Origin: Marsupella aquatica | Lineage: Eukaryota; Plantae; Marchantiophyta | Reading direction: 5' to 3' | NCBI GenBank assembly: GCA_973895155.1 | Contig: OZ316898.1 | Span: forward strand, 21,180,162-21,244,161 | Length of the DNA stretch: 64,000 nucleotides | Part shown: in pieces, positions 59,571 through 64,000 of the stretch | Layout of the letters: each line of letters opens with the position of its first letter | Position numbering within the stretch: position 1 is the stretch's first letter | Translations under genes and position numbers: made by a program | Notes under the pieces: generated by a model | The model's database searches: none | Told to the model about the DNA's origin: nothing | The model's input: the letters and a program-made list of their open reading frames with translations, nothing else

Positions 59571-62500
59571 TGTGATGCCTAGACAGGAATCACTCGGCCG
59601 GTTAAGTGGGTAAAGCAGGAAGGCACCCTAGGAACACCTTAGTATAGTGACAAAACAAGGAAAATATGAACAATTAGGGGCAACCATGGAACCCGGGCAG
59701 AGGCCGGAGGTAAGGCTGAGGGTGAAAACCCGATTAGGGTTAGGGCGCGTTAAGCGTCGGCGGCTAGGAAGGATCAACGGGAAGAAGGACCGGCAGAGGA
59801 GAGGGGTAAGGAGCGCTTGCAGGAGATGGTGGCTCATTTGCGAGCACGAACTAGGCAGACGACTACGGGAGGCCAACTACTGTCAGCTGCTTAGGCAAGC
59901 ACTCGGGGAGAGAGTAGATACCGACGATCAACCTAAGGAGGGTATGAGCAACGTCAATCAAGCGGCACATTTCTGGGGATGCCTGTTCGAACGGGCAACT
60001 GAGTACATCAAGACTTACGAGGATGAGGAGTCAGAAAGGGCAGCTCGAGAACGGCAGGAGCTCGCTCGATTGTGGGAGCTGTAGAAGACGGCTTTCTTAG
60101 GAGGCGAACTCATCAAGGACGAGTTCCTGTGGACGCCTACTTCCAATCAACTCGACGATCTTCTGTTTTGCAAAGACAGCGTCGTCGGCATCCGAGAGGC
60201 CATCAAGAACTGCAACGACATACACTGGGAATTAAAGGGTAGCACGGAAAGGTGGACCCAGGCAACGGTGCTAGGAGAAACCTCCACGGCAGCAGAGATG
60301 AAGAGGAAGGGAGCCGTCAACGATGAAGCCACCCCGGCAAAAAGAACGAGGTCGGCGGCACCAAAGAAGCCAGCCGAGCAGCAGAGCAGGAGGCAGGGAG
60401 AAGCCGAAGAGGAGGAGGTCGATCCCATCAAGGCCATTCCAACCAGGGATGACACCTGGAAGGGCTGGGCGGCAACCCTACCGGTGGAGGTGCAACTACA
60501 TTTTGCACGGGAGGAGGATGCATGCTTTACGGCCATGCAGACCAAGAAGTACCAAGGCTTCATGGCCGGATCCGGCTTGGAGGCCTTTGTAAGATTACCA
60601 TGGCTGAAGCCGGAGGTACCGGAGTCAGACCTATTAGAATTCGTGGGGTCATGGGAACCCGAGACCAATTGCACGAGGATATATGGGAAGGATTTCTATC
60701 TTACTCCCAAGGTGATTGCCGAAGTGTTTGGCTTGCCGATGGGCAATAAGACCAAAGTTGATACCAGGAAGACCTTGCCTGACAAGGAGTTCCGGTCGTT
60801 CCCCGGGCCATCAACGAAGAATGGCTTCTTCCGGAACACCTGCACCAACCCGCACATAGGAGAGATGATCGACTTCTTGCGGGTGACCATGCATTGTAAC
60901 TTGCCGAGGGCAGAGATCGGCAAGGCACAGGTCTATCTGGCAGAAAGGCCAGACCCAAGCCGGGACTACAACGGGTACCTCCTCAACCAATTGAAGAAGA
61001 TCTTAAAGGAGGAGCAGCAGGTAATCGGCATGGGGAGCGTGTCGCGGCTTGGCTATCACATGCCGCTGTTGTGCCGGTATGCCAGAGGTCAGACTTTTGC
61101 CCCGGTACTTCCCCTGCAGGTAAGGGCACCCGAGGAAGCTCCAACGCCGAGGCCGTTGGCTGAGAAGCCTCAACCACCTGTTAGTCCTACGATCGAGCAG
61201 GTGTTTAGGCCCAGGAAGGAAGACTTGCCGATGCAGCAACCAGGCATGCAGAGTCTGCTGAAACTACTGGAGAAAGAAAAGAAATCGGCATCGGCAACAA
61301 CAACGGCAACGACAACAATGCAGGACACTACTATAGAGGTAGGCCTACACCGGCTCACAAGAGAAAACCCCTTTGCTGGAGACAAGGAGAGAATCAGGCC
61401 GGAATCCAAGCCAGGTGTTCGAATGTACGTGGGAACCTCAAGCTCCGAATCTGAGGCAGAATTGCCTGAAGCTCCTACCAAGGAAGAGGAGAGGGAGAAG
61501 CCGGAAATCCAAGAGGTAGAGGAGGCAGTGGAGGACTACAGCCATGATAATTCCGGCTATGGGTCGGACCATCACGTTCCAGGAGTAAGGACCTGTGGCC
61601 GGTTTGTCCCCACACTTCCAAGGGTAGTGCGAGGGGACCCCAACCAGCAGAGTAGCCCTGAGTCTCCCCCACCAGATGTTGCTCCCCCGAGCTTCGACGG
61701 CATAAAACAGACGGTGCAGGAATTTCAGGAGCGAATCAAGCAGAAGGAAGAGGCCGCCCTGGCTAAGGAAAAGGATTTACCAGGAGGAGATTGGCCGGAG
61801 GACATCAGGCGGCTAGCCGAAAAAGGAAGCAAACCTCTAGCCACGATTGAAGAGATCCGCAGGACGGCTTGGGAGCAGAGGCCACGATGGGCGATGCCGA
61901 TCACTTCTACTTACTCCACCTACGCTAAGAATAGAGCCATGGAGTATGGTGAGATGTGTGGGGAACTTGCGCTCAGCATCTTTGGAGAGGAGTTGGAGGT
62001 AGGACCCTTTTTCCATAGGGAGCAGTTGGAGAAGCACCAATTAGAAGAAGCGGTGGCTTTAGAGAGAAGCAAGAAGGACGAGGTCATTCGGCGGCTTAGG
62101 AGGATGGGAGCCGAGATTGAAGATCTAAGGGCGGCCAAGAAAGCCCAAGATGAACTGCGGATTAAACGACATGAGCTGAACATCATGCAGGGGCAGTTGG
62201 ACGCCGCGCAGGCTGATAATCAGAATATCCAGGATAAACTGACTCAGACGCAGGAAGAGTTGGCCGACACGATCAAAGAAAGGGAAAAGTGGAAGCAAGA
62301 GCTGAAGAATACAGAGGAGGCCCACATAACAGCCAACAGCCGGGCCATGGCGGAGACCCAAAGAAAGGAATGGGCGTTGAAAGGGGAGCTCGAGAAAATC
62401 CGCGGAGCCCTTGAGCAGAAGGAGGTCGAGTTAGGGAAATCCTATCAAGGGATTATGGCGCTGCAACAGGAGCTTGCGTCCCTGACGGCCAGCTTCAAGG

Positions 62501-64000
62501 CCGACCTAAGGGAGAAGGACGAGATGCTCGAACAGACTTACGCCAAGATGAACCAGATGGAGTCTGTCATCATTGCAGAGCTCGACAAGGAGCTAAGAGC
62601 AACCCAGGAGGAGAAGGCTACCTTGAAGAAGGAATTGGAGGAAGCCCACAGGGAGCAGGAGGAGGCCAAAAACGAGCTGGAGGGGGCACGTAAGGACCTG
62701 GATGAAACCCAAGAGGAGTTGGAGGAAATCACGAGGAAGATGGAGAACCTACAGCGGCGGGCCGACAACCAAACAGAGCGGCTGAAGAAACAAGCCGCAG
62801 TATTTAAATGCTTAGCTGCAGCAGGTCCATCCCCTGTTGGGACAAACCAGTTACCAGGGGTGGTAATTGCCGAAGGACAAGCCGCGCCACCTGCACCAGT
62901 GCCGGAGGTAAGTGGGAAGGGGAAGGGACCAGCTGCCGAGCCACCAACGAAGAAGAAGCGGAAACCTTCAGGGTCAAGGAGTAATACGACTTCACAGGCC
63001 GTGGTGATCAAGGAGGTAGACCCAGCACCGACCCCAGACAGGGTCACGGCTAAGGATCCAACTACCCTAGGGGAAGGGGAGGCCGAAGCCGTGGGGTTGG
63101 CTGAAGCCGAAGCCGTGGGGGTGGCTGAAGCCGAAGCCGTAGGAGTTGTCGAGGCTGAAGCCGAAGGTGGACCCAGTCAGGCCGATGGAGAGTTGACTCG
63201 GTCAAGGGCAGGTAATCTGTCAGTAGGCGGGCCAACGGCAGTGGCTGAGGAGGAAGTGTTGGGGGCGTCCATTGAGGATCCACCACCGGTGTCGTGACGG
63301 TGCAAGGGCGCCGTTCCTTTTAGGGAGGGCGGACGTGGAGGGAGGAGGCGTGAGTGGGCAGGGCGGGCACGGATCTCCACGTTTAGGATTAGGATCAGAA
63401 CCAGGAGCGGCCCTGACACTTAGCTTAGTGGGATTGCGGTCCCACTGGTAGGAGCAACACTTGTGCTCCTGCCTTGCTGTACATAGGTAGATTCGGGCAA
63501 GTAGATTACTGTTAAGTAGATTAGGCTTACGATGCAAAGAATGGCGGATCCACTACCAGGATAAGTACCTGGGCAGCGGGGAGCTCAGGGCCTCTTCTTT
63601 AGCAAGTTTTTAGTTTGCACCAGCCGGGCTGGGATCAAGTAGTACGAGAAGCTCTCGGTTAGTCATACAGTGACCCTTGTGTATATTCATGTTTCCTCAT
63701 GCCTAAGAGCTGAATAGAGTTGGCCTCACGGCTTAGTTCGCAGAACTTGTGTATGAGATGTACTGTTTGTATGGCAAGTGCATGGTATGACTCAGTCAGA
63801 ATGAGTCATTTTGCTATTTGTGTGTCGCATTAACTTGTGTGAAGAGTGCCCACAACAACAGAAGGAAGGAAAGTAAGCAGGGGAGTGAGAGTTGGATGTG
63901 TCGAGCTGAGAGAGGTCTTAGCGGCTTAACCAAGCCTATTGGGGATCATTCCGGCGGCGGAATCCAAACATACCTAACAAGACGGAGGGGAAGACAAGGG
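59571..64000 (+). mobile_element. Young family A LTR, runs off the window end
   Basis: Starts TGTGATGCCTAGACAGG; near-identical to the reverse complement of 3120-7561. Confidence 0.95.
59686..63297 (+). CDS. LTR-encoded protein, third young copy; single premature TAG at 60082-60084
   Basis: ORFs 59647..60084 and 60268..63297 are in frame; the stop is CAG in the other copies. Confidence 0.85.

Overview
Eukaryotic, plant-like (probably bryophyte-type; inferred) heterochromatin made almost wholly of nested transposable elements; no ordinary host gene was recognised. Contents: (i) a complete, young 15.5-kb Ty3/Gypsy element ('family A', 2902-18443, minus strand, TSD GAGAA) with 4.66-kb LTRs that each carry a ~1200-codon ORF, plus eight more partial family-A LTR segments; (ii) two other giant LTRs with different nucleotide sequence (solo LTR C 22017-26527; LTR B 52989-56990) encoding proteins with the same N-terminal domain; (iii) a CACTA element hosting several of these insertions; (iv) a Mutator-like element (~39272-50232) whose transposase is divergently paired with an intron-containing gene for a ParB-like (DGNHR) plus N6/N4 amino-methyltransferase-like protein, with 15 copies of the palindrome TAGCGCCnGGCGCTA confined to its non-coding DNA; (v) a retroelement fragment encoding a C5 DNA methyltransferase next to its protease, a PHD-finger retroelement end, a solo LTR D and a LINE 3' fragment. 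The strongest novelty candidates are the MULE ParB/MTase plus palindrome system, the LTR-encoded protein family, and a conserved -1 frameshift signal between protease and RT. All family assignments come from motif recognition by eye; no searches were run.
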